In this document: piece by piece, positions 1 through 8,666 of the stretch
Layout of the letters: each line of letters begins with the position of its first letter
Position numbering within the stretch: the first letter of the stretch is position 1
From: a virus
Taxonomy: Duplodnaviria > Caudoviricetes
IMG/VR virus record: IMGVR_UViG_3300002307_000018
Span: 160,001-224,000 of that record
DNA: 64,000 bases
Reading direction: 5' to 3' (one strand)
The notes under the pieces: generated by a model
What the model was told of the DNA's origin: nothing
Database searches by the model: none
The model's input: the letters and a program-made list of their open reading frames with translations, nothing else
Made by a program: the position numbers and the translations under genes

Positions 1-74
1 GCATCATCTACCGGTTCACGCCTGCGTGATATCGACGGAAATTGGTATTGCATTTCAATCTGTATCGGACCCAT
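1..74 (-). CDS. Partial small protein (N-terminus only), probably a fifth member of the tandem FxLRW family
   Basis: ATG at 72-74 overlaps the stop of the 74..280 ORF. MGPIQIEMQYQF...PVDDA resembles the N-terminus of 507..689 and runs off the window edge. Confidence 0.5.
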   Translation of the reverse strand, partial: MGPIQIEMQYQFPSISRRREPVDD

Positions 75-280
75 TATAGCCACCTCAAAGCAAAGAACAC
101 CGCTTCTTCTTCGTCCCGAAACTCGAACGTGCCCATACCAACATAATTCCATTTTGGGTTACCGTACATACATGAACCGAATCTATCCTTACACCAGAGT
201 ATGGCGTTATCGACCTCGACTTCGGGATAGTCCGTCATTTCCCATTTCATGTTAACACGTGTCATACGTTTCATGACCAC
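74..280 (-). CDS. Small phage protein, tandem FxF..EDAVxFxLRW family
   Basis: 68 aa with AILWCKDRFG and C-terminal FEFRDEEEAVFFALRWL, shared with neighbours. Confidence 0.75.
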   Translation of the reverse strand: MVMKRMTRVNMKWEMTDYPEVEVDNAILWCKDRFGSCMYGNPKWNYVGMGTFEFRDEEEAVFFALRWL

Positions 281-516
281 CTTAGCGTAAATAGTACCGC
301 ATCTTCACTTGTTTTAAAATAAAAATGGTAGTAATACAAATTGTCATTCCATGAACCGCTTGTATACCATTTCCGTGTAGACCACGTCATGTCGCTTCGG
401 CTTTTGCCGTATTTTTTCTCGCACCACTCAACGGCCTGTTTATATAGATTAGGCTCTAGTAAGATACAATATTCGTAATGTTCTAATATATCAGAATTTG
501 TTATTTTCATACCCAC
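271..516 (-). CDS. Small phage protein, tandem FxLRW family
   Basis: 81 aa with AVEWCEKKYG and FYFKTSEDAVLFTLRWS. Confidence 0.75.
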   Translation of the reverse strand: MGMKITNSDILEHYEYCILLEPNLYKQAVEWCEKKYGKSRSDMTWSTRKWYTSGSWNDNLYYYHFYFKTSEDAVLFTLRWS

Positions 517-689
517 CTCAGTGCAAAGAACACTGCGTCTTCTTCCCGTTTAAATACGAACTCACCATGCCCAAGATAATTCCATTTGCCCGGCAATTTG
601 CCGAATTTATCAACACACCAAAGTATAGCATCATCGACAATGGTATTATTGCTGAAGCCGTATTGTATTTGAATTCGTGTCATACCCAC
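507..689 (-). CDS. Small phage protein, tandem FxLRW family
   Basis: 60 aa with AILWCVDKFG and FVFKREEDAVFFALRWV. Confidence 0.75.
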   Translation of the reverse strand: MGMTRIQIQYGFSNNTIVDDAILWCVDKFGKLPGKWNYLGHGEFVFKREEDAVFFALRWV

Positions 690-898
690 CTCAACATAAA
701 CAGTACGGCATCTTCTTCACGTTTAAACTCAAACGAACGCTGACCACAATAAACCCATCTGCCATTCTCACTAAAATTAGTCGTTGACAATTGTTCAAAG
801 CCAAATTTCTCATAGCACCAATCATACGCAGCAACCGGCCAGGGTCCGGGAAAAGAAATCCTAGTCCAACCACTATGATACGTGGATAGATTGGTCAT
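680..898 (-). CDS. Small phage protein, tandem FxLRW family
   Basis: 72 aa with AYDWCYEKFG and FEFKREEDAVLFMLRWV. Confidence 0.75.
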   Translation of the reverse strand: MTNLSTYHSGWTRISFPGPWPVAAYDWCYEKFGFEQLSTTNFSENGRWVYCGQRSFEFKREEDAVLFMLRWV

Positions 899-1254
899 GC
901 AGGCATCACAAATTCATCAACATGCCGACACTTGGCACGGAACTTGAATCCGCTGCAAGAACATGACAGTTTAAGACCGTGACGTTCGATTGTATAGGTA
1001 CTGCCAGATGACGATTTAATTTGCCACGAGTTAGCAGTATTTACCAATTTGGGTTCGACATAGCCGAAGGTATTGGCAACTTCTGTAAACTTGCGGCGTC
1101 GAACATCGAACGGCAAGGGTTGCTTGAACATTTCAAGTACAGTAGTGCCAGAACGAACATAGCCCAACATCTTTTCCTTGCTATCAACAACAAGGTAAGT
1201 ATGATTAGGCGTTTGAGTAGTCCACTCTGTACGTTCTTGTAAAAATTTTGTCAT
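895..1254 (-). CDS. SWIM zinc-finger protein
   Basis: C-terminal CSCSGFKFRAKCRH matches CxC-xn-CxH. Confidence 0.75.
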   Translation of the reverse strand: MTKFLQERTEWTTQTPNHTYLVVDSKEKMLGYVRSGTTVLEMFKQPLPFDVRRRKFTEVANTFGYVEPKLVNTANSWQIKSSSGSTYTIERHGLKLSCSCSGFKFRAKCRHVDEFVMPA

Positions 1255-1685
1255 CAGCAGTCCTCGGCTTCCAGTTTCATGGCTTCTTCAACTGACACAA
1301 AATCAATTTCGCCGTAGGTAACTTCCCAGAATTCTCCGTTGAAGTAGTAATTATACTCTTCTCCTTGAAATTCGTCAAAGTATTCGGTTGTATTGGTAAA
1401 CGTGTTTGGTTCGGTATCTTCGTCGCCACGATCACGACCATAATACACGCATACGCCATTTTGCGCTACTTTAAAGTTATGAATTCCGACTTCAGGATTG
1501 GGCGTGACACGTTCTGCCAGTACTGACAGACTGCCTTTGCTTACCAAAAATTCAGCGGCAAGTAGTGAGTTATAGTGTGTCATCAACATTTTGCCAACGC
1601 CAGACAAATAGCCATCAAAGTGACAGTAGATTTGCGATACGGTTCCGTCTTCATGTTTCACAGCGATAGTTGAGCGAGTAGCCAT
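1254..1685 (-). CDS. Conserved phage hypothetical protein
   Basis: 143 aa with MATRSTI...IYCHFDGY and GEEYNYYF motifs typical of a widespread phage family. Confidence 0.65.
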   Translation of the reverse strand: MATRSTIAVKHEDGTVSQIYCHFDGYLSGVGKMLMTHYNSLLAAEFLVSKGSLSVLAERVTPNPEVGIHNFKVAQNGVCVYYGRDRGDEDTEPNTFTNTTEYFDEFQGEEYNYYFNGEFWEVTYGEIDFVSVEEAMKLEAEDC

Positions 1686-1734
1686 TAAATATTCCTTGAT
1701 TTGATTTTATGAGTGTATGCGAGAAACGCAATGA

Positions 1735-1935
1735 TTAGAAAAAATCGCCAGCGAAATAGTCAACTGGGAGACCCAGCAAGTCGCACAATTTTGTGGGATT
1801 GCCGACTGCACCCTCACGTTTGGCGATCCAGCGAATGGCGCTCAAACGATCATGATAGCCATTGCTCATGACGAGAATGTACTTAATACGATTCTCAAAT
1901 TCGGTCACTGCCTGATTTTCTAATTGAGTATACAT
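1735..1935 (-). CDS. Hypothetical protein, truncated paralog of 1970..2347
   Basis: Likely start MYTQLENQ at 1935. C-terminus AIRWIA...LGLPVDYFAGDFF matches AIRWLA...LGLPDNYFAGDFN of the neighbour. Confidence 0.6.
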   Translation of the reverse strand: MYTQLENQAVTEFENRIKYILVMSNGYHDRLSAIRWIAKREGAVGNPTKLCDLLGLPVDYFAGDFF

Positions 1936-1969
1936 TGAATTCCTTGATTTGATTTTGAGAATGCAGCGA

Positions 1970-2347
1970 TTAGTTAAAATCGCCGGCGAAATAGTTGTCT
2001 GGGAGACCCAGCACAAAGCAAAAATACGACTGATCATTAACGGCATCTTCAGCCTCAGCTAACCAGCGAATTGCCATGCGGCGATCTTTTGCGCCCGACA
2101 TCAACAGATTTTGAACACGCAGTTCAAAATCGTGAGCGGCTTTAGCCTCGCTTTCTTTTTGACGAATAGCATTGATACGACCCTGTTCACCCAGAGCCGT
2201 AAACTCACGGTCGAAATCCTCAGCAGTCCAAGTAGACGTATCGATGTGACGTGGGCGAAACCCGTGAACAGACTTATAGAAGTCCGAGAATTCCCAACCC
2301 AATTGCTCTAATTCCGTTACTGCAACTGCGCTTTCAAATGTAGTCAT
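1970..2347 (-). CDS. Hypothetical early protein
   Basis: Start re-called at MTTFESA (2347), because the longer ORF runs through the promoter. Confidence 0.7.
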   Translation of the reverse strand: MTTFESAVAVTELEQLGWEFSDFYKSVHGFRPRHIDTSTWTAEDFDREFTALGEQGRINAIRQKESEAKAAHDFELRVQNLLMSGAKDRRMAIRWLAEAEDAVNDQSYFCFVLGLPDNYFAGDFN

Positions 2348-2357
2348 TTCTTTATCC

Positions 2358-2432
2358 GTTTTCTCAGTGTATGTGTATATTATAGCAGATTTCGGAATTA
2401 AAGTCAACATATTTGTTGTATAAAAACAACAC
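2358..2432 (-). promoter_or_regulatory. Sigma70-type early promoter cassette with upstream TGTTG-N8-CAACA palindrome
   Basis: Minus strand TTGACT-17-TATAAT followed by ATACACATACACTGAGAAAA; palindrome at 2414-2431. Confidence 0.75.
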
Positions 2433-2878
2433 TACCAGCTAGACTGATAGTGATATCTCCAGTTTCCCGCATCAGGATTATTGACAATTTTCTCTAAAAT
2501 TTCTTTAGTATGCTGTAAGCTGTCAATATACCACTCGTCAACATCGGAATTTCCAAAGAAGAATCCCACAGACGGAGGCAGAATCTCGTGCGCCAGTGAA
2601 TTATCGTCCAAAACCATATCAACAATGGCAAGCAATTCTTTCAGTTGTCCCAGATCGACAAGCGTTTTTTGACACTCGTCCACTCCGTCTTGACAATTTT
2701 TGACGAACCAAAAATGAATAGCATTTGCCTTTCGCCAGTATCCGCATTCAAGTTGAACATGACAAACGGATCCAAGCGAAGTGACAAGAGCATCATTCAA
2801 TGCCGTGATAAGTACTTTTTCCTCTGGCACATATTCAGCAAAGAACCGCTCAGCGGTCAAGTACATATCTAAGCCCAT
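2432..2878 (-). CDS. Conserved phage hypothetical protein (MGLDMYL family)
   Basis: MGLDMYL and GYWRKANAIHFWFV motifs; ends YHYQSSW. Confidence 0.7.
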   Translation of the reverse strand: MGLDMYLTAERFFAEYVPEEKVLITALNDALVTSLGSVCHVQLECGYWRKANAIHFWFVKNCQDGVDECQKTLVDLGQLKELLAIVDMVLDDNSLAHEILPPSVGFFFGNSDVDEWYIDSLQHTKEILEKIVNNPDAGNWRYHYQSSW

Positions 2879-2881
2879 CGA

Positions 2882-3307
2882 TTACTCCTGATCTGTTGCA
2901 ACAGACACAACAGCGGGAACAACAACCGGCGCCTGATCAACGTATGAGGCATAATTGCGAATGCGTGACTGACGCTCAGTATTGCGATGCACAAACTCGA
3001 CTTTCTTGCCTGCACGTTCCATGGCAAGCATAAACGTAGTCATATCTTGATCTTCCTCAAGATACGCATACTCAGTACGCATATAAGAGAATGGCGTAAT
3101 ATGAGCCGAGATACCCAGCTTGGCAAGCATACGATGCGGCACACGCAACCAGCCATGCCCTGCGTCAGAATACGACAGTAGCTTAATGGTGGTTTTCTTG
3201 GGCTTAGCAGGCTTAGCGACTTTAGGCGGTTTAACAGCTTTAGCGGGCTTAGCAGCTTTGACGGTTTTGACGGGTTTTGCAGCTTTGGGTGTGGTAACTG
3301 TGGTCAT
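2882..3307 (-). CDS. Hypothetical protein with N-terminal Ala/Lys/Pro repeat tail
   Basis: KAAKPVKTVKAAKPAKAVKPPKVAKPAKPKK followed by a globular DAGHGWL...YLEED part. Confidence 0.7.
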   Translation of the reverse strand: MTTVTTPKAAKPVKTVKAAKPAKAVKPPKVAKPAKPKKTTIKLLSYSDAGHGWLRVPHRMLAKLGISAHITPFSYMRTEYAYLEEDQDMTTFMLAMERAGKKVEFVHRNTERQSRIRNYASYVDQAPVVVPAVVSVATDQE

Positions 3308-3390
3308 AAAAATTCCTTAATGTGTGTAAAAGTGTGTAAATTTAACTATTGAAACTACATTGTAGCAGATTCGGGATTTATTGTCAATAC

Positions 3391-3579
3391 TTAAAATACA
3401 GAATATCCGGCATAAGCATTGTATTGAGTGTAAAAGGCGATAATGAAATCCTCAACCGCCGTTGTTCCCTCGTTGGTTGTCGCTGGCTTTTGACCATAGA
3501 AAAACTCGTAAGCGCCTCGTGGGCCCGAACGTTCGTTTACTGTGAAGATATCTTGCAATTGCTTAGTTGTAAATTTCAA
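3391..3579 (-). CDS. Hypothetical protein
   Basis: 62-aa ORF in the minus-strand gene run. Confidence 0.5.
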   Translation of the reverse strand: MKFTTKQLQDIFTVNERSGPRGAYEFFYGQKPATTNEGTTAVEDFIIAFYTQYNAYAGYSVF

Positions 3580-3584
3580 TTGGT

Positions 3585-3863
3585 TTAGTCCGAAAGATTG
3601 ATAATGCGGGCATCGTATTCCATAAACGATACTTCTGCAGGCACGTGAGTTAGTTTGCCGACTCGACTATCCCGACCTTCTTCTAAGCGTTCGCCTGCCC
3701 ATACGTCACGGGTAGTCAGAATCTCAAAAGCCAAGTACCCGTTGACATTGGTCAATTCTAGCACTTTGCCCTCGACATAACAATTCTCACGACCAGCCAT
3801 TGGCTTGAAATCATAAGCACGAATCACGTCACCGACTTTGGCGATTTTCTCAAATTTTAACAT
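3585..3863 (-). CDS. Hypothetical protein
   Basis: Start re-called at MLKFEK (3863), downstream of a GGA-containing RBS. Confidence 0.6.
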   Translation of the reverse strand: MLKFEKIAKVGDVIRAYDFKPMAGRENCYVEGKVLELTNVNGYLAFEILTTRDVWAGERLEEGRDSRVGKLTHVPAEVSFMEYDARIINLSD

Positions 3864-3882
3864 ACTTGTCCTTTTGTCTAGT

Positions 3883-4023
3883 TTAAACACGCTGCAAACG
3901 GGTCATGAGCATTGCAGTGAACAGCTTTGCTTTGAGTTCGGCACGTACTGCACAGGCTTCGGCAGTTTGCGGCATTGTGTGCGCTTGTGCGACCCGCTTG
4001 ACTACAGTGACTTTTGCTTTCAT
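3883..4023 (-). CDS. 46-aa hypothetical protein, not in the ORF track
   Basis: MKAKVTVVKRVAQAH...TRLQRV, directly behind the promoter at 4030-4119. Confidence 0.55.
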   Translation of the reverse strand: MKAKVTVVKRVAQAHTMPQTAEACAVRAELKAKLFTAMLMTRLQRV

Positions 4024-4029
4024 ATCTTT

Positions 4030-4165
4030 CTCCGTTTTCTCAGTTTATACGTTATTATAGCAAAAAACTGATTTACTGTCAAATTTTGCCACAAAAAAAG
4101 TGTTGTATTTTTACAACACTTTTTTGCTTACTTTTTGAGCATTATTTGCTCATTTTTTGAGCAGT
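4030..4165 (-). promoter_or_regulatory. Early promoter cassette with TGTTG-N8-CAACA and two TGCT(C/T)A-N5-TGAGCA palindromes
   Basis: TTGACA-17-TATAAT on the minus strand; gtgttgtatttttacaacac at 4100-4119. Confidence 0.7.
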
Positions 4166-5137
4166 TTAAGCGAAGATTTCCAGTGCTGTTCCACACTCGA
4201 CACAGAACTTTGCCGTGGCTTTGTTCTGACGCCCACAAGTCACGCACTTTGGTTTAGTCTTGACTGTCACTGACTTGATCACAGGCTTGTTGTCTGGTGT
4301 CTCGCCCAATAGTCGAATGACCATTGAGAACTTCTCACTGTCCATGGCTCCCATTGTAGTGGTCGAGAATCGCTGATTACTCCGACTGCCGGACACCGTA
4401 ATACCCGCATCATTGAACCCCATGTCCATGGTAGCGCAGCCATCGTGAACTTCACCTGATGATGTGGGTTTGATATTGTTGTCCCTGAGATACTGATTGA
4501 CAGCCGCCGATGCTACCTCGCCAGTAAACTTTCCACTGCTCATATCAGCACTACGAGCGATACCGCCTACATTGTATACACCGCTTACGCCGGTATTGTT
4601 TGTAGTTAGACTAGCGTTGGTAGTATTAGTGGCAAGACTTGCGTTGTACGCATTGACCTGACCGCCGCTGGCTGATAACCAATGTCCCGGTACATCAAGT
4701 GAATTATACCCCGAGCCAACTTTCAAGCCATTGTAGTAGTGATCCTGACCAACATTTCTAAACACAGATGGTGTGCGAATCTGTGCGATACTTTCAAATT
4801 GATATTCAATTTTTACTAGTCCATCCTCCAGTTGAACGCCGCGATGTTGTTCAACTGCGCCAGTACGCTCAATGAACTTGAACCGGTTACCCGCTGTTAG
4901 GCTACCGTTGAGCAGACTACGCTCCAATTCACATTCACTGAGTCCATCGACTACAAGGCCGCCTGGAGTTTGGTTGACACCATCGATGAACACATTGACT
5001 ACTGCTCTGGTTGTGTGTTGATTTTTAAGTAAGATTGAATATTCTGTGCCGAACGGAATGTATACCGTGTCTTTGAATTCACGCAGAACTTTACCTTTGG
5101 ATTTTATGGCGAATGCCATCTTTGATTGGTACATCAT
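4166..5137 (-). CDS. Conserved large-phage protein with C-terminal double zinc ribbon
   Basis: 323 aa ending CVTCGRQNKATAKFCVECG. Confidence 0.7.
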   Translation of the reverse strand: MMYQSKMAFAIKSKGKVLREFKDTVYIPFGTEYSILLKNQHTTRAVVNVFIDGVNQTPGGLVVDGLSECELERSLLNGSLTAGNRFKFIERTGAVEQHRGVQLEDGLVKIEYQFESIAQIRTPSVFRNVGQDHYYNGLKVGSGYNSLDVPGHWLSASGGQVNAYNASLATNTTNASLTTNNTGVSGVYNVGGIARSADMSSGKFTGEVASAAVNQYLRDNNIKPTSSGEVHDGCATMDMGFNDAGITVSGSRSNQRFSTTTMGAMDSEKFSMVIRLLGETPDNKPVIKSVTVKTKPKCVTCGRQNKATAKFCVECGTALEIFA

Positions 5138-5246
5138 TTCTTTTCCTTTTAGAACCGGTCACTGTCAGGGCCGCCAAGTTTAAAGACAGTAAGGACTACG
5201 CATTGTCTAGCGCAGTGAAAGTATTTAGTCTTGATGTGAGACTACA

Positions 5247-5272
5247 AAAAATAAAGGGGCATTGCCCCCTTA
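5247..5272 (-). terminator. Rho-independent terminator
   Basis: GGGGC-AAT-GCCCC hairpin followed by a T-run on the minus strand, just after the BI-1 gene. Confidence 0.7.
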
Positions 5273-5273
5273 C

Positions 5274-5942
5274 TTAATCCTTTTTGTCGCCAAATAGTGA
5301 CAGTAAACTTAAGAAGATGTTGATGAAATTGAGATACAAACTCAGGGCTCCAAGAACCTCAATGCTTGTGGAATCGTCTTCAGATACCATTTCACGAATC
5401 GTCTGTGTGTCATACGCAGTCAAGCCCATGAACACAATGATCGCAACCGCTGAGACTACCATTGCTAACACCGAACTACCGATAAAGATATTGATAATCG
5501 ATGCGATAACAACTGCGATTAGTCCGACAAATAAGTATTGTCCCAGTGTATCTAAGTTTCGTTTGGTAAAGTAACCATAGAAACTCATTGTTCCAAACAG
5601 TACTGCGGCCCCCATAAACGCACTGACAATACTGGCGCTAGTATAGACTACAAAGATAGTAGCGAAACTTAGACCCATTAGTGCTGCGAACCCAAGTAGT
5701 GCCGCTAGTGCCACAGGCATTGGAGGATTGCTACTTAAGAACGGTGTAATGATAAACACCGCAACAAGTGGAGCAAACAGAACTACCCACTTCATAACGC
5801 CAGTAAACAAGAACTGCATAAATTCCGGTGAGGTGCTGGCAAAATAACTAACAAACATACTTGTAAGTACTGCCAGAAACATGTTGTTGTAAACACGTAA
5901 CATGGCATCATTTACTTGTGTTGCTGATTTAACTGCGTACAT
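5274..5942 (-). CDS. Bax inhibitor-1 / YccA-family membrane protein
   Basis: About 7 hydrophobic segments with MLRVYNNM, TAYDTQTI and ALSLYLNFINIFLSLL signatures. Confidence 0.9.
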   Translation of the reverse strand: MYAVKSATQVNDAMLRVYNNMFLAVLTSMFVSYFASTSPEFMQFLFTGVMKWVVLFAPLVAVFIITPFLSSNPPMPVALAALLGFAALMGLSFATIFVVYTSASIVSAFMGAAVLFGTMSFYGYFTKRNLDTLGQYLFVGLIAVVIASIINIFIGSSVLAMVVSAVAIIVFMGLTAYDTQTIREMVSEDDSTSIEVLGALSLYLNFINIFLSLLSLFGDKKD

Positions 5943-5963
5943 TTACTTCTCCTTTGAATAAAA

Positions 5964-6734
5964 TTACCAATCTGAACTATCAGAACTACTAGAATCACCA
6001 CCCCAATCGCTACTAGAATCGCTCATGCCGAAATTTTGTTCTGGAGCATAAGACGGAGTATAGGATGGTTGATGTTCAACAGGCGCAGCCGTAGCTTTAT
6101 TACCGTTTAGTAGATGATTAGCTAATGTTGCACCGGCAGCTACACCCACGCCCATTGCAGCACCAGTTGCTAAACTACCCATTAGTCCACTACCAGAAGA
6201 TGCAGGAGCACTAACAGCAGCGCCAGCGGGTGCAGGTGGTGTTGGTGTAACAGGTCTGTACTGTGTGTTGTGTGCGTCAGGATATTGCTGATATGGCGAA
6301 TATTGCTGAGCGGGTTTCTTGCGCTTGAATAACATGATCACAATCAACAATGCTAACAGAATACCGCCACCCCATAACATAGCCTTGTCAGTATCAAATT
6401 TCAAAGTGTCGGTTTTCTTAACCCCAAGTGCAGTACGTAGACGTTCTACGCTTTCAGGCTTAGCAAAACTCATTGATGGGTCAAGTGACTGAGATTTTAA
6501 AAACGCAGTCTTTGCCTCGACTTTTTTGCCCAGTTGCAATAGCAAATCACTTTGAACGTAATGTGCTCGTGCGCTGTTAGGTCTAAGCTTGATTACTTCA
6601 TTGACCATTGTCAGTGCTTGTTGTTTATCTACTTGGGCGGTTTTATAAATGTCTTGAACTGTAGGTTCGGCCAATACGATATTGGCAGATAAAACAGCTA
6701 ATGACAGTACTAATGCTTGCATAAGTTTTTTCAT
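5964..6734 (-). CDS. Signal-peptide, TPR-like single-pass membrane protein with Gly/Ser-rich tail
   Basis: N-terminal signal, PNSARAHYVQSDLL TPR-like helix pair, one TM segment, GSLATGAAMGVG region and DSSSDW repeats. Confidence 0.7.
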   Translation of the reverse strand: MKKLMQALVLSLAVLSANIVLAEPTVQDIYKTAQVDKQQALTMVNEVIKLRPNSARAHYVQSDLLLQLGKKVEAKTAFLKSQSLDPSMSFAKPESVERLRTALGVKKTDTLKFDTDKAMLWGGGILLALLIVIMLFKRKKPAQQYSPYQQYPDAHNTQYRPVTPTPPAPAGAAVSAPASSGSGLMGSLATGAAMGVGVAAGATLANHLLNGNKATAAPVEHQPSYTPSYAPEQNFGMSDSSSDWGGDSSSSDSSDW

Positions 6735-6812
6735 TTGATCTCCTTGATCATAATTGATCTATCGAACTACTATACACTGATAGTTGTTAATTGTCAAGCG
6801 TTTTGGATGAAC

Positions 6813-7100
6813 TCATTCTGGCCGTTTGATACCGGACAATTTTCTTAGATCATCAATATCAGGGTTCTCTTTAAGTATGCGTTTCATGTTGCGGCGTTGT
6901 TGATACTTCTTGTACTTGTTTTTGACTGGATCCCAGAAACCTTCAAAAAAGTTTTCCCAGTTTTTGTGTACGATGCCTTGATGTAGCCACACAAATGCAA
7001 GCAGATACCACCAGAGCGGTCTGGCATACCAATGCCACTTTTCTCTGTCACTAAATGCCATGGCTTGAAATGCTTGGTAATGGTCTTCAACTATTTTCAT
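6813..7100 (-). CDS. Hypothetical protein
   Basis: Start re-called at MKIVEDH, coupled to the upstream stop. Confidence 0.55.
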   Translation of the reverse strand: MKIVEDHYQAFQAMAFSDREKWHWYARPLWWYLLAFVWLHQGIVHKNWENFFEGFWDPVKNKYKKYQQRRNMKRILKENPDIDDLRKLSGIKRPE

Positions 7101-7438
7101 TCTGTACCTTCCTTTGTCCAACCACGTGGTCTGCGAGTATATCCGGCAGCGGCCATTTTCTGAGATTCGGTCTGTTCTTTAACTCCGTAAAAATGTTTTG
7201 CGAGTACTTCGTCCGCATATAAAAAATGTCCACAACATTCTGGTGGGACTTGTCTATAAACATCAGCAAGAACATTTCTACATTCTTCTACAATCAACTC
7301 AGCGAACTTTTCCCTAAAGATTTCTTCTTCCATATCACCGGTGCAATATCTATTATGTAATCTTTCCCGATATGAAACTTCATCTTTTTTAAGTTGCTCG
7401 GCCCATTCAACAAGTTCTCGAATTCGTTCGTTCATCAT
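7097..7438 (-). CDS. Hypothetical protein, MNERI...KFAELIxxEC family
   Basis: MNERIRELVE, EKFAELIVEEC and KHFYGVK motifs. Confidence 0.65.
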   Translation of the reverse strand: MMNERIRELVEWAEQLKKDEVSYRERLHNRYCTGDMEEEIFREKFAELIVEECRNVLADVYRQVPPECCGHFLYADEVLAKHFYGVKEQTESQKMAAAGYTRRPRGWTKEGTE

Positions 7439-7575
7439 TCAACTCCAATATATTTCATAAACATTACAAACCCACCGTGTATCATTAGCGCAATGAACAG
7501 GGCCATGAATAGTGCTACCAGTAAGTACAGTGCGCCGAATACAATGGCCACGAAGTGACCTACTGTCTTCACAGT

Positions 7576-7941
7576 TTAACGCTTCAAAAATGGCGCAAGA
7601 TTTGGCGGTACCCAACCCTCAGGCTTCAATACTTTTCCGTCTTCACGCTTGCGTACTTTGCCAGTATCAAGATCAATCTTGGCTGCGTTAGTCTTCATGA
7701 CTTCTTCCCACGCGCCTTCCGCATCAGCGCCCATGCTGTGAATAGCGCCTATCGACACTACGATTATATCGATCAAGGCGTCTAAGGTTTCAACACGATC
7801 ATTTTCCCGAATCGCAACCGCAAGTTCAAATGCCTCTTCACCGATTAAATTAGTGTATAGAGCAAACTGCTCTTCATTGTTTATGCCCACTGTTTGGTCA
7901 CACGCCCGCATAAACCATTCCTGATCTTTAAATGGATTCAT
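7576..7941 (-). CDS. MazG-like / PRA-PH family NTP pyrophosphohydrolase
   Basis: LIGEEAFEL, ETLDALIDIIVV and KREDGKVLKPEGW motifs. Confidence 0.85.
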   Translation of the reverse strand: MNPFKDQEWFMRACDQTVGINNEEQFALYTNLIGEEAFELAVAIRENDRVETLDALIDIIVVSIGAIHSMGADAEGAWEEVMKTNAAKIDLDTGKVRKREDGKVLKPEGWVPPNLAPFLKR

Positions 7942-8185
7942 CTACTTTCCTTATCATAATTGTAATATCAGATGGGCAACCGCAGCCCATTAGCTGCTCA
8001 AAACGTAACCCACATACCTCATACCCAGTGTCATCATTCTCGTCAACACACTCTACCCTAATGTCACTAACAATCTTGTGCGAACCCATCCAACCTTCGG
8101 GATTGTCCATACAGCCAACTTCTTTCAAGTAGTCAGCAAATGCTTCCGCAAATTCTTTGAGTTTTGGCTCTTTTTTCCAGTCCAT
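7928..8185 (-). CDS. Hypothetical protein
   Basis: 85-aa ORF coupled to its neighbours. Confidence 0.55.
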   Translation of the reverse strand: MDWKKEPKLKEFAEAFADYLKEVGCMDNPEGWMGSHKIVSDIRVECVDENDDTGYEVCGLRFEQLMGCGCPSDITIMIRKVDESI

Positions 8186-8427
8186 TAGAATTTAATCCCA
8201 AAATGTTCACAATAAACTTCTACCATACGTGAATGTCCTGGCATGGCAAGTTCCTTGCCATTTAGGTTGATACATTCCTGTACCACCGCTTCCAGCAAGG
8301 TGTTCATTTCTGCCTGACTCACTGTATAAGTCACATGGGCAGTATGCTGACCCTGCTCGTCACGAGCCACAGCAAGTGCTGGCGGTGCGATATGCTTGAC
8401 TAATAGTTCTTTAAGTCGTTCGTTCAC
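8185..8427 (-). CDS. Hypothetical protein, MNER family
   Basis: MNERLKEL, VVQECI and EHFGIK motifs. Confidence 0.6.
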   Translation of the reverse strand: MNERLKELLVKHIAPPALAVARDEQGQHTAHVTYTVSQAEMNTLLEAVVQECINLNGKELAMPGHSRMVEVYCEHFGIKF

Positions 8428-8666
8428 TTGTTATTCTCCAAATAAAACATACCAACACGAACTAACGCTTCGGCGTGTTCACGGTCTTTTGGCAACACCA
8501 CTGCTTCACCATTGATAAGTTTGTTATACTCACTGGCACATTCCTTAATAATCAACTCGGCGAACTTTTCTGTAAATTCTTTTGGGATATTTGCCTCGTA
8601 ATTATAAACTGATTCATATTCTAAGAATGCTTGTTCAGCGAGTTTATTGATTCGGTCGTTCATCAA
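8424..8666 (-). CDS. Hypothetical protein, MNER family
   Basis: MNDRINKLAEQA and EKFAELIIKEC motifs. Confidence 0.6.
   Translation of the reverse strand: MMNDRINKLAEQAFLEYESVYNYEANIPKEFTEKFAELIIKECASEYNKLINGEAVVLPKDREHAEALVRVGMFYLENNK

Noticed and set aside
2882-3307. Tandem DNA repeat at 3200-3290
   Set aside because: It is only the coding consequence of a Lys/Ala/Pro-rich protein tail, not an independent repeat element.
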